The notes beneath the pieces were generated by a model. The model was not told the DNA's origin. It did not search any database and was given only the letters and a program-made list of their open reading frames with translations. Position numbers and translations under genes: made by a program. This document shows positions 63,491-64,000 of a stretch of 64,000 bases of DNA, piece after piece. Numbering within the stretch: the first letter of the stretch is position 1; each line of letters opens with the position of its first letter. The DNA lies in assembly GCA_963924565.1 (NCBI GenBank), contig OZ004607.1, positions 9,114,001 through 9,178,000 on the forward strand. The letters run 5' to 3'. The DNA comes from Ascidiella aspersa. Its lineage: Eukaryota.

Positions 63491-63687
63491 CTGTGAGATA
63501 AACAAGCGATGACCATTAGGCCGGTGATTCTTGAATGCTTTATTAGCTTGCGGTACACTTAGGTAGCGGCCAAACAAAATTTCAGCTTTCGGTAACCAAT
63601 CTAAAAAACACAGCAATGAGACCTAACTATAGTAAGACAGACGGCTAAACGATTAATTCATTTTATCGCAACATATTGGCTGTACAC

Positions 63688-63983
63688 CAGGGGTTCAATT
63701 TTTTTACCGCGTAACACTAAAATTTGTTTTACTTCGCTTGGGCCTAGAGGGCAAGGCATTTTAGAGATGACGTCACAATACAAATAGATTTTAGAAATCT
63801 GATATTCAGTCCAAAAAATGTAAAAGTGAAATGAAGCCTAAATGTTCATTAAGTGCAAAAACGTTTCATTTATAAATAAACCCTTTTCTTAAAAAAAATG
63901 ATTACTTTTCAAATATACACTGATATTTAAATTAGGCCTTCACTGACCCCAAGGGGCCTTGGACCCCAGTTTAAGAACCCCTG
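63688..63983. mobile_element. Charlie-like hAT MITE
   Basis: TIRs CAGGGGTTC / GAACCCCTG; perfect TSD ctgtacac. Confidence 0.88.
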
Positions 63984-64000
63984 CTGTACACGATATTATA

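Noticed and set aside
49488-63501. Longer ORFs at 49488-49997, 49690-50115, 62119-62553, 62982-63308 and 63055-63501
   Set aside because: Antisense or alternative-frame overlaps of GC-rich adhesion GPCR exons.

Overview
AT-rich, intron-rich eukaryotic (animal) genomic DNA; the compact gene spacing, short introns and MITE load suggest an invertebrate, possibly a tunicate (inference only). By hand-splicing GT-AG exons I reconstruct eight protein-coding genes: the 3' part of a 9-finger C2H2 zinc-finger gene (+), intronless DNAJC19/TIM14 (+), SF1 (-), ABCD4 (+), EXOSC5 (-), SCLY (+), SNRPD3 (-), and a 5'-truncated >24 kb adhesion GPCR (-) with the order pentraxin/LamG-like, several FN3-like, 6x TSP1, HormR, GAIN/GPS and a highly divergent 7TM. 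Introns and intergenic DNA hold many non-autonomous DNA transposons with clear TIRs and 8-bp TSDs, several nested, plus tRNA-derived elements and minisatellites. Top leads: the unusual adhesion GPCR; a U12-type intron in EXOSC5; SCLY lacking the Asp146 selenium-specificity residue; a candidate poison exon in SF1; a perfect 66-bp hairpin with a hammerhead-like core; a telomere-motif foldback element nested in a telomere-motif MITE; and a candidate lysosomal dileucine signal in ABCD4. No CRISPR, rRNA or intact transposase was seen. All coordinates were read by eye and may be off by a base or two.
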